A stretch of 63,082 nt of DNA, the filler included, from Reclinomonas americana ATCC 50394 (lineage: Eukaryota), in assembly GCA_048213135.1 (NCBI GenBank). It is 8 parts of 4 records of this genome, joined end to end, with 100 filler letters (N's around TTAATTAATTAA, not from the genome) between each part and the next. Parts side by side here need not be neighbours in the genome. Positions count along the whole stretch, not along the records: positions 1 to 11,088 come from PS015284.1; positions 11,189 to 26,886 come from PS015284.1; 6 more parts are not named here. One strand, written 5' to 3'. This document shows, in pieces, positions 1 through 17,470 of this stretch (position 1 is its first letter; every line of letters starts with the position of its first letter). The position numbers were made by a program, and so were the translations under genes. Below the pieces are notes generated by a model. The model searched no databases. It was not told where the DNA came from and saw only the letters and a list, made by a program, of their open reading frames with translations.

Positions 1-765
1 TACGGAGAGCAGTGACAGCAAAGAGGAAGCGATGGAACACACCAGGAGTGCCGGCCACCGGTATGCCCCGACTATTCATCCGCTGTCTCAATTCAACTGC
101 TGTTGGTCTTCTGCGCACCGGAGCAGCAGCAGCAGCAGCCACTGCCATGTCGACGCAATAAAGGAGAAGTGAGGGCGAGCAAGAGAGACCAGGAGGCACA
201 CAGCCACACGCACCCTGCTGCTGCTGCATCTCGGGCGGGGCAGTGGCCCTGCCTCCCGAATGAGACGACGCTGTTGTTGTCGCATGTGCTGGACTGGCGA
301 ATCCCACACTCCCGGCTGAGCTGAGCCCACCGGCAATCATCATCATTGACACCACACTGGTCGGAGGACCCCCAGAGAAGAGCGATCGCCCGCCTGCTGT
401 TGAGTGACCAGCAGTGTGCACAGGCGCATAGTGAAGAGAGGCGGAGGAGGCAGTGCCTGAGGGCGAGGGACTGCCTGGGTGGTACAGAGGAGTTCCACCA
501 TTCCCCGACGAGACACTATGTGCGCGTGTGTGTGTAAGCGCACAAGTGTGTGTATGAGAGAGAAAGAGGGGCGCGCGCGGACCTCATTTGCCCTCCGCCT
601 GAGAGAGATCCATCGCGGAGCACAGTGGATATGCGTCCTTGGAACTGAGAGGGGGGAAACGCTGAAAGTGAGGGGACGAACAAAGAAAGCACTCACTGAC
701 TCTCTCACACACACACACGACGAGCACACGCGCGCGCTCACCTTTTCCTGAAACGAGGAAGCCAT
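1..765 (-). CDS. 5' part of an unknown spliced gene with an S/G/P-rich N-terminus; runs off the window edge
   Basis: ATG at 765. GT-AG splicing joins MASSFQEK|FQGRISTVLRDGSLSGGGQM|SVSSGNGGTPLYHPGSPSPSG...PPEMQQQQ|VAAAAAAPVRRRPTAVELRQR with no stops. No recognisable domain. Confidence 0.55.
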
Positions 766-897
766 GACACGACACACACACACACACTGTCAACAACCTG
801 TGTGTATTGTGTGCGTGCGTGCGTGCGTTTTGTTGCGTGATTGGCGTGAGTCATCACGTATTGTCCCACTCCATTTCACACAGCAAAAAAGCGAGCC

Positions 898-1720
898 ATG
901 GTTCGTGCCTCGCCTGCCCTCTCTCTGTGTGTGTGTGTATGCGTGTGTGTGCTGTGTGTAGTCAGTGTGTGGAAGAGTCGTGTCGACTGTGTGCTGTGAA
1001 CAACGAGTGTGTGTCTGTGCGTGTGTGAGTCCGATGTGCATCATGTCATGGCCACTTTCGTCTCCTGCCCCCCTCGCGCCCTCTTCACTGCGGTGCTGAC
1101 TAGCTTGGTGTGTGTGCGCGCGTGTGCGTGTGCAGCAAGACGAGGGTGTCAAGTTGCGTCTCCACGCTTGTGATTGCGTGCCTCTGATTGCTTCCCAAAT
1201 CACTCATTCTCATTCACACACGCACACAGGTTTGCCAAGGTCTCGTTCACTGCCACCATTGCCAGTGTGTCATTGTGTAGAATCACGCGCAGTGAGAGTG
1301 AGAGAGAGACAGTCACGAGAAGGAAGAGAGTGTTATGACCATGTCGCTCACTCGTGTTTGCACGCACGCACGAGCAGGTAACCAAGCTGTTGGTGAGTAG
1401 GCCGTTTGTAGTTGTGTGTGTGTGAGCGATGGAGCAAGAGGAAATGACACTCGATTGTGTGTGTTGCTCGCGTAGGGCCGCACGGGTTCTCGTGGTGGCA
1501 TCACCCAGGTGCGCGTCGAGTTCGTCGACGATCCCAGCCGGTGAGGACGCGGGAGGGAGCTGTAGTGTTGCATTCGGCATCAGCAGTGGCAGTAGTTCTG
1601 ACTCGTGTGTGTGTGACCAACACCAACAGGTCGATTATCCGCAACGTGAAGGGACCGGTGCGAGAGAACGACATTCTGTGCTTGCTGGAGACTGAGCGCG
1701 AAGCCCGCCGTCTGCGCTAA
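898..1720 (+). CDS. RPS28: 40S ribosomal protein S28 (eS28), multi-exon
   Basis: Exons 1136-1152, 1230-1239, 1378-1392, 1476-1540 and 1630-1720 splice to [65 protein letters not shown], the eS28 signature. The start exon is uncertain (ATG 898-900 followed by GTTCGT, or ATG 1048). Confidence 0.96.
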
Positions 1721-1997
1721 ATGCGACAGAGAGCAGCAACAAGTTCTCTCCCTCCTCTCTATCGTGCTAAGCTGTGCTGTGTGTGTGTAACTTTGTGGTA
1801 GTGGTAGTCGGTGGTGATTGGTGGTGGTGTGGTCCACTGCTCTGACATGACCTTTTAGTGAAGGCGTGTTGTGCGGAGCTGCATGCTGCCGCCACCGCTG
1901 CCGCTGCTGCTGCTATCAAATCAGAATCGATCGTCGTGTTGTACCACTTCATTCGTGATGCGGGAGGGGGAGAGGGTAGGGAATGCAAGATCATGCG

Positions 1998-2361
1998 CTA
2001 TGATTTACTCTGATTATTTGAAGACGACGACGGTGGTGTTGGTTGTTGTGCATCTCCACCAATGCCAGCATTGCCGCGGAAGCGATCCAACACGGACCAC
2101 ACACCACCGGCACCACCACTCTGCTGCGATCGCCGATGCTCCTCTCGCATCTTGCCCTCTTCCTCCTGCCGCACGCACACACAAGAACATAAGCCACGCA
2201 CGCACACACACAGGCACACACCAATGCCTCTCACACGCAACAGCACGTCGAATGCACTGATAGAATCGCCGCCGCTCGCCCACACACTCATTGTATCCGC
2301 GCGAGGCCGAGCACGCCTCAAACACCGCAAACACCTCCGCACACGGTTTCTTATCGTCCAT
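1998..2361 (-). CDS. Small twin-CX9C (CHCH) protein, probably mitochondrial intermembrane space
   Basis: MDDKKPC-AEVFAVFEA-CSASRGYNEC-VGERRRFYQ-C gives two exact CX9C motifs. Intron 2241-2166 (GTTGCG...CAG) joins to EEEGKMREEHRRSQQ...NQSKS*. Confidence 0.65.
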
Positions 2362-2532
2362 TCACTCAACTCCAAACTGCTGCAGCAGCAGCAAACGAAC
2401 CACAAAGCCGGCAAGTGATGCAACACTTGGCAGGTCGGCCACGTGTGTTATTTTTAACGCCCGGACGAAACACAAGAAAACGTCGCCGTCCTGTGTGTTG
2501 CAGCGTGCGTTTTTTTCTTTGTGCTTGTTGCA

Positions 2533-5500
2533 ATGAGCGGAGGCAACCCATCACCGCGTCGCGTTGGTCCTCCTGCTGCTCCTCCTGTGGCTTCTGTGGC
2601 TGCTCGTCCCGGCGTGCACACTCTGCGTGTGGAGCGCCTCGTGGACAAGTTTGTCGGGTTCGTCACACTCTCTCTCGTGCTGTGCTCTCTCACGCTGTGC
2701 ATCGCTCACCTCTTGTTCTGCAGCACCAATGTGGTGGTCGTTGATCCGTCGGTGCCGTTCAGTCGACTGCCGACGTATGTCAAGATCGGCAACTACGTCT
2801 TCTTCTGCTTGTTGCGTTGTTTGCTCGGTGTTCACTCTTGTGTCATTCACTGTGTGACTCACTTGTATGTGGCACAGGCCGAGTCGCGATGTCGACATTG
2901 GCACCATCCAGCTCGACAAGATCCAGCGTGAGATGGTGCTCGGCATGGATGTGGTCGGTGGACCGCTGGATGTCGTCGAGCAGCCGGCGCCGAAACCCGA
3001 CGAGAGCCTCGTGTCGATTGGCTTTGGTGAGCTCGACATGACACCACAGCAGTATCGATTTATTGATTGATTGCTGACTGGTTTTATTGCAGAGCTCGAC
3101 TATGCGCAGCGATCGGCCTCTGGGCGTCCGCTACATCGCGGGCAGCCGGTGCCCGTGGACCCGGCTGCGCTTGGCAAGGTGCTGGCCACTCACTTTAGCC
3201 AGCAAGTGTTTTGCTTGCGGCAGCGCGTCGTCATTGTGTACGAGAGCATGCGTTTCGTCGGCACGGTAACCAGTGTGGAGACCGCTGCTGACATTGATCC
3301 CAAGTATTTGGGTTCGTCGACCGCTCCTGCGCGGCGCACGCTGGGCATGATGACGCCGCAGACCACCATTGAGTTTTCCCGGGCCAGCGGCTGCGACGTC
3401 CCGTTCACCACAGGGAAATCGTGCGTGTCGTGTCGCTCTTCTCCTTCTCTTCTCCTCATGCATGGTGGAAAGAACTCACTTCTCACGTGGCACAGTGCAC
3501 GCCGCGAGCTAGTGCGCCGCGGCATCTCGTTCGAGAAGCTGGACATTGGTGGTCTCGACAAGGAACTCGACGACATTCTCCGTCGTGCTTTCTACTCGCG
3601 CCAGTATCCGGCGGCCATGGTTCAGAAGCTGGGCATTCGCCACGCCAGGGGCATCATGCTGTACGGCCCGCCCGGCACAGGCAAGACGTTGATTGCGCGG
3701 CAGATTGGCAAGATGTTGAACGCCAAGGAGCCGCTGGAAGTCAGTGGACCGGAAGTGCTGAACAAGTACGTGGGCGAGGCGGAGAGTCGCATTCGCGAGC
3801 TGTTTGCCCCCGCCGAGGCCGAGTGGGCAGAGCGTGGAGAGGAGTCGGACCTGCACTTGATCATCTTTGACGAAATCGATGCCATTTGCAAGCAGGTGTG
3901 TGGGTGTGTGTGCCTGGTTGTGTGTGGTTGTGTCTATGCACTGCTGACACGACTCGTCTGCGCGCGCAGCGAGGTAGCACTCGTGACAACACCGGGACGA
4001 TGGACACCATCGTCAATCAGCTGCTGACGAAGATGGACGGCCTGAAAACCATCAACAACGTGCTGGTCATTGCCATGACCAATCGTCTCGACATGATCGA
4101 TGAGGCGTTGCTGCGTCCCGGACGCTTCGGCATCAAGATGGAGATCGGTGCGGCGAATGCCTCTTGCGTTGACTCGCACACGCAACTCACTTGCTCACTT
4201 CATTTCCATTGCACAGGTCTCCCTGACGAGGCCGGCCGTGAGCAAATCTTCCGCATTCACACCAAAAAGTGGCGCGAGAACCGCCTGCTGGCGCCGTCGG
4301 TGGACCTGAAGGCGCTCGCTGCACGCGCCCGCAACTACTCGGGTGCCGAAATCGCCGAAGTGGTGAGCTCGGCGACCTCGTTTGCCCTCGGTCGCAAGAT
4401 CGACATTGAGAACCCGGACAAGGTTGGTGGTGCTGCCTTCTCTCCCACACTTTCTCGCCAGCTTCTCTCTCCCTCTGTTTCTCATCACGATGCTTGCGCA
4501 GCCGGTCGAGGACGAGGAGGATTTGGTGTTGGAGATGGAGGACTTTGAGGCGGCGCTGCGCGAGGTGCCACCCATGTTTGGCGCCTCGCAGAAGGAGGCC
4601 ACCTTGTTTGTCGGCTCCGGCATTATCGACTACGGTAACCCGTACCGTCGCATCGAGGACACCTGCAAGACGCTGATGCGCCAGCTGAGGAAGAGCAAGC
4701 GCACACGTCGCATGACGATTTTGTTGGAGGGTGCGTTTCTTTTCTTTTTTTTTCGTTCCCGACTCCCACCACATCTCCTCACCACCACCAAAAATCGCAG
4801 GTCCTCCGGGCTCGGGCAAGACCGCGATCGCAGCTCACCTGGCGACCGGCAGCAAGGCGCCCTTTATCAAGTTTGTCACCCCCGACACCTTGGTGGGCCT
4901 AAATGAGAACAGCAAGGCCTCTGCGCTGATCAAGGTAATGTCGACCTCCTACAATGCATACGCGCAATGCGAGTCGCCTGCTCACCTGCGCTCCCCACAG
5001 GCCTTCGACGATGCGTGCAAGTCGCCTCTGAGCGTGCTCGTGCTCGACGACATTGAGCGACTGATCGAGTACGTCCACATGGGTCCGCGCTTCAGCAACA
5101 TTGTGTTGCAGACGCTTCTCGTCTTGCTCCGCCGCGTGCCGCCCAAGGTACTTCTTGCCCTCCCACGACTGATGCGCATTTTTGTGCTCACTCCTCACCA
5201 CCCTCGCAGGACCGCCGCCTGATGGTGATCGCCACCACCTCGTCGCGCCACGAGCTCGACTCCCTCGACGTGATCGGCTCCTTCGACACCGCCGTGCACG
5301 TACCTCCGCTGCAGAACCCGAAGCACATCCGCACCGTGCTGCGGAGCACCAAGGACGTGGAGTTCGAGGACCTCGAAGCCATCGTACAGTGCTGCCCGCG
5401 CACCATTGGCATCAAGCGCCTCCTGCAAGTCGTCGAAATGGCGCAATTCAGTGCCGACGATGACGACGACGACGAAGACGACGACGACGGCGAAGGTGGT

Positions 5501-5689
5501 GTGAGTCACACACCAGTGCCAGAGACAGCTGGGGAAGGTTCCGGAGCCTCCGGGTCCTCAGCACCTGCTGCTGCCCCGGTAATTCCCAAGATCACTGTCG
5601 ATCGCTTCCGCGAGTGCATGTATGAGTCCAGTGGCGTCGACGATGATGCAGAGGTCGACGGCGATGATGATGACGATGACGACGAGTGA
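2533..5689 (+). CDS. NSF: Vesicle-fusing ATPase NSF/Sec18, paralogue 1
   Basis: IGGLDKE..RRAF.SR, Walker [64 protein letters not shown]2 [11 protein letters not shown] and [19 protein letters not shown]. About 10 GT-AG introns; acidic C-terminus. Confidence 0.96.
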
Positions 5690-5760
5690 GCAAGTTTTGA
5701 AGTGAACTTCGTGTCCCACCCAACGCACATTCGTTTCATCGTTTTGTGTGTGAGAGAGAG

Positions 5761-9472
<3,712 letters not shown>

Positions 9473-9673
9473 GAACTCTGGTGACTTTTTTAGAGCCATG
9501 CAGCGCACTCCTCTCTTCCTTTGTTTTTGTTCAGCCTATGTTTTGACACGCTTTTCCCCTTGTTTTCCCTGTCTGTCACGCCGCAATGTGTGTGCGAGCG
9601 CGCGTGTGTGTGTGAGGCACCGAGAGTGAAACACGCGCACGTCTTGCATGCAAAACCGCGCCCCATGTATTCG

Positions 9674-10702
9674 TCACTGAGGTGCTGCCTCGTCGCCAGG
9701 CGCTGCCTCGGTGAGGAGCGGCTTGAGCGCGTCAAACACCAGCTGTCCCAGTGCGTCGTATCCTTGCTCGGATAAATGCAGACCTGTGGTGCAAAGAAGC
9801 GACTGAGCAAGTACGCTACAAAACACGCCACGCCATCGCCGCACGCACCATCGCTCCACATGGCACCCTCGGCCTCGAACGGAATCGCCTCAAAGACATC
9901 AATCACCGCAGCCACACCCTGCACCAAGCTTCAGACGGCGGCGCACACACACGCTGCGCCAAGCAAGCAACAAGGCGAACAGACCCTGAGCGTGGCGATG
10001 CGCGTGCGGATAATCTCATTCAGCTCGACCTTGATGTCCGACACCTGCGCCGCCATGACGTTCTTCTCCCTAGTCGACGGCAGATCGTACATGGCTTGCG
10101 GCAGCGTCACGGCCACTGTCCGCGCACCGGTAGCAATCGCGCGTTCTTGCATCACCAAAACTGAGTCCATCTTTCCTCCTCCTATCCCGTCTCACATATA
10201 TCACATCGCTCACCATGCAACGCCTGCACGGCCTCGGCAATGCGCTCCGTCGGTGGCCGATCGCCCAGATCATTCGTTCCCGCCAGAATCACGCACACAT
10301 CAAACGCCTGTCGCGTCAGTGCTCGCCCAAGACGCGGCATCAGATCGACAGCTGTCCACCCGGGCGAGCCGTCAGTCACCACCTCCTGCATGCAGGCTAG
10401 TTGTCAGCAAAAAAAAAAATCGCAATCGCGAACCTCACTCACACAAGACGCAACACACGCAATGCCAGCCGCAGACAACAACTCCGACAACTTGTCACTG
10501 CGCTCTCTCACACATCGTCAGAGAGACACGATGGAGTTGTCAGGCACACACACAAGATGACCTGTACGGGTGTGATTGCATGCCAAAAGGCCCCAGGTAC
10601 CCGCTCGTCAATGAGTCTCTGTGATCGGAGACATGAGTCTCTCTGCTTCCCTACTTGTGTGAGAGGGCGGATAGAGTACCCGAATGCCAATACACGCTTC
10701 AT
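9674..10702 (-). CDS. SGNH/GDSL-family hydrolase (esterase)
   Basis: Spliced: MKRVLAFG|DSLTSGY (block I), DGSPGWT (block II), VILAGTNDLG (block III), MWSDG|LHLSEQGYDALG (block V, DxxH). Confidence 0.88.
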
Positions 10703-10932
10703 GGCCGTGAATGGAGGGTTACCGAGGCCCGTGAATTTCCGATCAGTGACCCGGTTTTCTCCCCTGCTTTTCTTTCGCTAGCTTGCTGAGTCGTTCTACA
10801 GTCGATGGGCGTGTGAGTATGAGCGAGAAACGACAGAGGAGAACGCTCAACAACGAAGAGAAGTCGTGAAGGACAGTTCTCGTACGCGCGAGCCTCTGTC
10901 CACTGAGCGTTTTGTTTGCATCACGAGAAGTC

Positions 10933-11007
10933 ATGAGTGGGCGTGCAGCTGCTGCAGCCACTCGTGCGATGCGCTCGATCGAGGACGAGCCTACAGCCGA
11001 TGAGCTT
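10933..11007 (+). CDS. Probable first exon of an unknown gene, truncated by the scaffold end
   Basis: MSGRAAAAATRAMRSIEDEPTADEL followed by a GTTGCG donor and intron-like CA/GA sequence. Divergent from the SGNH gene. Confidence 0.4.
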
Positions 11008-11088
11008 GTTGCGTCACACGCACACACAGAGAGCAGAGAGAGCAGAGAGAAGAGAGAGTCGTTTTCCCCTCACTCACTTTTTGTGTTT

Positions 11089-11188
11089 NNNNNNNNNNNN
11101 NNNNNNNNNNNNNNNNNNNNNNNNNNNNNNNNTTAATTAATTAANNNNNNNNNNNNNNNNNNNNNNNNNNNNNNNNNNNNNNNNNNNN
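11089..11188. other. Artificial scaffold-joining spacer (N44-TTAATTAATTAA-N44)
   Basis: The identical six-frame-stop linker occurs at 11133, 26931, 41962, 46134, 53816, 58756 and 60686, always inside Ns. Confidence 0.97.
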
Positions 11189-11201
11189 ACGTACGTACGT
11201 A

Positions 11202-12373
<1,172 letters not shown>

Positions 12374-13397
12374 NNNNNNNNNNNNNNNNNNNNNNNNNNN
12401 NNNNNNNNNNNNNNNNNNNNNNNNNNNNNNNNNNNNNNNNNNNNNNNNNNNNNNNNNNNNNNNNNNNNNNNNNNNNNNNNNNNNNNNNNNNNNNNNNNNN
12501 NNNNNNNNNNNNNNNNNNNNNNNNNNNNNNNNNNNNNNNNNNNNNNNNNNNNNNNNNNNNNNNNNNNNNNNNNNNNNNNNNNNNNNNNNNNNNNNNNNNN
12601 NNNNNNNNNNNNNNNNNNNNNNNNNNNNNNNNNNNNNNNNNNNNNNNNNNNNNNNNNNNNNNNNNNNNNNNNNNNNNNNNNNNNNNNNNNNNNNNNNNNN
12701 NNNNNNNNNNNNNNNNNNNNNNNNNNNNNNNNNNNNNNNNNNNNNNNNNNNNNNNNNNNNNNNNNNNNNNNNNNNNNNNNNNNNNNNNNNNNNNNNNNNN
12801 NNNNNNNNNNNNNNNNNNNNNNNNNNNNNNNNNNNNNNNNNNNNNNNNNNNNNNNNNNNNNNNNNNNNNNNNNNNNNNNNNNNNNNNNNNNNNNNNNNNN
12901 NNNNNNNNNNNNNNNNNNNNNNNNNNNNNNNNNNNNNNNNNNNNNNNNNNNNNNNNNNNNNNNNNNNNNNNNNNNNNNNNNNNNNNNNNNNNNNNNNNNN
13001 NNNNNNNNNNNNNNNNNNNNNNNNNNNNNNNNNNNNNNNNNNNNNNNNNNNNNNNNNNNNNNNNNNNNNNNNNNNNNNNNNNNNNNNNNNNNNNNNNNNN
13101 NNNNNNNNNNNNNNNNNNNNNNNNNNNNNNNNNGACAGCCTCTCCAACGAGGCACTGTGACGAGTGTGTGACAGATTGGAGAGTCGCGCGTCCCGTGAGT
13201 CCTTCCGATACGATACGAATTGCAAGCATGTGTGTGGTGCATTACAACATCGCAAGCGTGGAACGTGCATGTATCACGCGCGTACATCGAGGCGAACAAT
13301 CTTTGCGAAGCATTTCAGAGACGTGCATGCAACGTCGAGATTCATTCGTGGGATGCCCTTGGTTCACGTGGTGCCGACAAACCGAGAGAGAGATCGG

Positions 13398-14591
13398 TCA
13401 GTCACGCGAGCGCCCACATTCCGCGCCAGCGTCGTCGACGACGCCAGAGTCCGTGCGGAGGAACTTGCGCAGCAGAGGACATTTCACACCAAGAGCTATC
13501 AGCTGGGCGTCGGTCAACGGTTCGCAGCCGAAGAAAGCTGGATCGTATGTCGCGCCGACAGAGGGGTCTGCCAGGAAGTTGTCAAAGTCGAAGTTGTCGA
13601 CGTTGTACTCGGTAATGGCCCATTCTGGTACGGACCATTCAATCGTCAACTTGCGCGGCTCGTAGCTCGGCAAGCCATAGAACACCGCATCCTCCGGTGG
13701 ACAGCACAGCACCATCCACAACACACCCTCAGGCGGAGTGGCCGCCACAATCGTCTCACACACAGCGACTCGATTCGCCGCTGGCCCCACCCACACTCGC
13801 AGACACGCTCGTTCTCGATACGGGTCGCGTCTCTTCCTCGGCAGCACACGCAGAAGAGGCACAGTCTCCACAGACACCGCAGTGCCGTCGACCACGCACT
13901 TGGCCAGCGACTGTTGCAGGTGACAGACGGCGGCTGAAAACTGTTCTGGCTTGATCACGCCGGTGATGTGCTCCTTGGCAAGTGCGACCAAAATCTGCCC
14001 ATCCATCTCCGCACACCGACTGCCTCGCAACAACTCGCGTGGATCCACCGCACGGCCGCCATTCTGTGCGACCGCCTCTGGCCACTTTTGTCGCCACTTC
14101 TTCAACGGCGGTGGCTTGCCTGTGCAGCGAGAGAGAAAGAGAGAGAGGGAGAGAGGGAGGCCACTTGTGTAAACCAAAAGTGACTGTCACACCACGATGA
14201 TCATCACACAGCACACAAACGCACCAATCGTGGTCCGCCGCACAACAAAGGTGTGGTCCGCCTGTTGCTCGGTGGCCCGGCCGTCTGTCTCGAGCCAGTG
14301 TTGCAGGCGACACATCACCTCGTCATCATCGACCCCAGATCCGCGAGGCACACGAAAGCGGGGCGTTGCACGTCGTCTGCGAGATGTCGCTCGGCTGCCA
14401 GCTGCCGCTGATGAACTGAGCGATGCAGTCTCCTTCGGCGCAGTGGCACTCTCGGGGTGAGAAGTGGGTGTCGCGGTCGTTGATGAGTGAGAATCATCCT
14501 CCGCAGTGCCGCTGCGTCGTCGTCGTCGTCGTCGGTGTCGTTGGGTGTGCGACTGGTGAATGCGCGACGCCGAAGCAGATGCTGCGTTCAT
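13398..14591 (-). CDS. Orphan repeated-family protein, copy A (2 exons)
   Basis: MNAASA..RRRRRRRSG..DDDEVMCRLQHWLETDG..RRTTIG|KPPPLKKWRQKWPE...GAECGRSRD*. The GTGCGT..CAG intron preserves frame. Confidence 0.75.
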
Positions 14592-14948
14592 CGTGAGGCA
14601 AGGAAACTGGGAGCACCACGCTTGCCTACAGTCAAAATTTCGGATAGCAAATGTGGTCTTGTACTTCGTTTCAAGAGCGCACCACCACCGCCAACGCTGG
14701 ACCTGCATGGCAGTCAAAGATGAGTGAGCATGTAAGATCACTGTTGCTGCATGCAGTGCAAAACATGCAGAATATCGATAGAAATTGCAGTTTCCAACCA
14801 AGCACAACCAGGCACACGCACGAAGCAGCTGCAGCGAGAGACGTGCAATTCCAACACTCAAGAGACACAAACAACGACACAAAACTTCAATCGTCTAAAC
14901 GCACCTCCTCAAGTCGTGCGAGGGTGCCGACAATCCGAGAGAGATCGG

Positions 14949-16134
14949 TCAGTCACGCGAGCGCCCACATTCCGCGCCAGCGTCGTCGACGACGCCAGAG
15001 TCCGTGCAGAGGAACTTGCGCAGCAGAGGACATTTCACACCAAGAGCTATCAGCTGGGCGTCGGTCAACGGTTCGCAGCCGAAGAAAGCTGGATCGTACG
15101 TCGCGCCGACAGAGGGGTCTGCCAGCAAGTTATCCAAGTCAATGTTGTCGAAGTCATACGCGTCGATGACCCATTCTGGTGCGGCCCAATGATAGGAGAA
15201 CTTGCACGGCTCGTAGCTGGGCAAGCAAAAAAACACCGCATCCTCCGGTGGGCAGCACAGCACCATCCACAACACACCCTCAGGCGGCGTGGCCGCCACA
15301 ATCGTCTTGCACACAGAGATTCGATCCACTGCTGATCCCACCCACACTCGCAGACACACTCGTTCTCGATGCGGGTCGCCCTTCTTCTTCGGCAGCACGC
15401 GCGGAAGAGGCACAGTCTCCACAGACACCGCAGTGCCGTCGACCACGCACTTGGCCAGTGACTGCTGCAGGTGACAGACGGCGGCTGAAAACTGTTGCGG
15501 CTCGATCACGCCGGTGATGTGCTCCTTGGCAAGTGCGATCAACATCTGCCCATCCATCTCCACACACCGGCTGCCTCGCAACAACTCGCGTGGATCCACT
15601 GCACGGCCGTCATTCTGCGCGACCGCCTCCGGCCACTTTTGTCGCCACTTCTTCAACGGCGGTGGCTTGCCTGTGCAGCGAGAGAGAAAGAGAGAGAGGG
15701 AGACCACTTGTGTAAACCAAAAGTGACTGCCACACCACGATGATCATCACACAGCACACAAACGCACCAATCGTGGTCCGCCGCACAACAAAGGTGTGAT
15801 CCGCCTGTTGCTCGGTTGCCCGGCCGTCTGTCTCGAGCCAGTGTTGCAGGCGACGCATCACTTCGTCATCATCAACAGATCCGCGAGGCACACGAAAGTG
15901 GGGTTTCGCACGCCGTCTGCGAGATGTCGCACGGCTGCCGGCTGCCACTGATGAACTGAGCAATGCAGCCTCCTTCGGCGCAGTGGCACTCTCGGAAAGA
16001 GATGTGACTGTCGTGGTTGTAGCTGAGTGAGAATCATCCTCCGCAGTGCCGCTCCGTCGTCGTCGTCGTCGTCGGTGTCGTTGGGTGTGCGACTGATGAG
16101 TGCGCGACGCGGAAGCAGATGCTGCGCTCATCAT
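14949..16134 (-). CDS. Orphan repeated-family protein, copy B
   Basis: Same two-exon structure with an intact frame and a distinct variable block. Confidence 0.75.
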
Positions 16135-16487
16135 GAGGCAAGGAAGCCGGGAGCACCACGCCCGCCTACAGTCAAAATTTCGGATAGCAAATGTGGTCTT
16201 GTACTTCGTTTCAAGAGCGCACCACCACCGCCAACGCTGGACCTGCATGGCAGTCAAAGATGAGTGAGCATGTAAGATCACTGTTGCTGCATGCAGTGCA
16301 AACATGCAGAATATCGATAGAAATTGCAGTTTCCAACCAAGCACAACCAGGCACACGCACGAAGCAGCTGCAGCGAGAGACGTGCAATTCCAACACTCAA
16401 GAGACACAAACAACGACAAAAAACTTCAGTCGTCAAAACACACCTCCTCAAGTCGTGCGGGAGTGCCGACAATCCGAGAGAGATCGG

Positions 16488-16874
16488 TCAGTCAAGCGAG
16501 CTCCCACATTCCGCGCCAGCGTCGTCGACGACGCCAGAGTCCGTGCGGAGGAACTTGCGCAGCAGAGGACATTTCACACCAAGAGCTATCAGCTGGGCGT
16601 CGGTCAACGGTTCGCAGCCGAAGAAAGCTGGATCGTATGTCGCGCCGACAGAGGGATCTGCCAGGAAGTTGTCAAAGTCGAAGTTGTCGACGTTGTACTC
16701 GGTAATGGCCCATTCTGGTACGGACCATTCAATCGTCAACTTGCGCGGCTCGTAGCTCGGCAAGCCATAGAACACCGCATCCTCCGGTGGACAGCACAGC
16801 ACCATCCACAACACACCCTCAGGCGGAGTGGCCGCCACAATCGTCTCACACACAGCGACTCGATCCGCCGCTAG
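16488..16874 (-). CDS. Orphan repeated-family protein, copy C (3' part; the rest lies in a gap)
   Basis: Nearly identical to the 3' part of copy A; ends GAECGSSLD*. Confidence 0.65.
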   Translation of the reverse strand, partial: LAADRVAVCETIVAATPPEGVLWMVLCCPPEDAVFYGLPSYEPRKLTIEWSVPEWAITEYNVDNFDFDNFLADPSVGATYDPAFFGCEPLTDAQLIALGVKCPLLRKFLRTDSGVVDDAGAECGSSLD

Positions 16875-17470
16875 NNNNNNNNNNNNNNNNNNNNNNNNNN
16901 NNNNNNNNNNNNNNNNNNNNNNNNNNNNNNNNNNNNNNNNNNNNNNNNNNNNNNNNNNNNNNNNNNNNNNNNNNNNNNNNNNNNNNNNNNNNNNNNNNNN
17001 NNNNNNNNNNNNNNNNNNNNNNNNNNNNNNNNNNNNNNNNNNNNNNNNNNNNNNNNNNNNNNNNNNNNNNNNNNNNNNNNNNNNNNNNNNNNNNNNNNNN
17101 NNNNNNNNNNNNNNNNNNNNNNNNNNNNNNNNNNNNNNNNNNNNNNNNNNNNNNNNNNNNNNNNNNNNNNNNNNNNNNNNNNNNNNNNNNNNNNNNNNNN
17201 NNNNNNNNNNNNNNNNNNNNNNNNNNNNNNNNNNNNNNNNNNNNNNNNNNNNNNNNNNNNNNNNNNNNNNNNNNNNNNNNNNNNNNNNNNNNNNNNNNNN
17301 NNNNNNNNNNNNNNNNNNNNNNNNNNNNNNNNNNNNNNNNNNNNNNNNNNNNNNNNNNNNNNNNNNNNNNNCACTCAAGAGACACAAACAACGGCACAAA
17401 ACTTCAGTCGTCAAAACACACCTCCTTGAGCTCGAGTCATGCGCGTTAAACAGTCGGTCTGTTCTCAAAA

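Noticed and set aside
13575-15232. DGR-like template/variable repeat pair
   Set aside because: Differences between copies are not adenine-specific, and no reverse transcriptase is present in the window.
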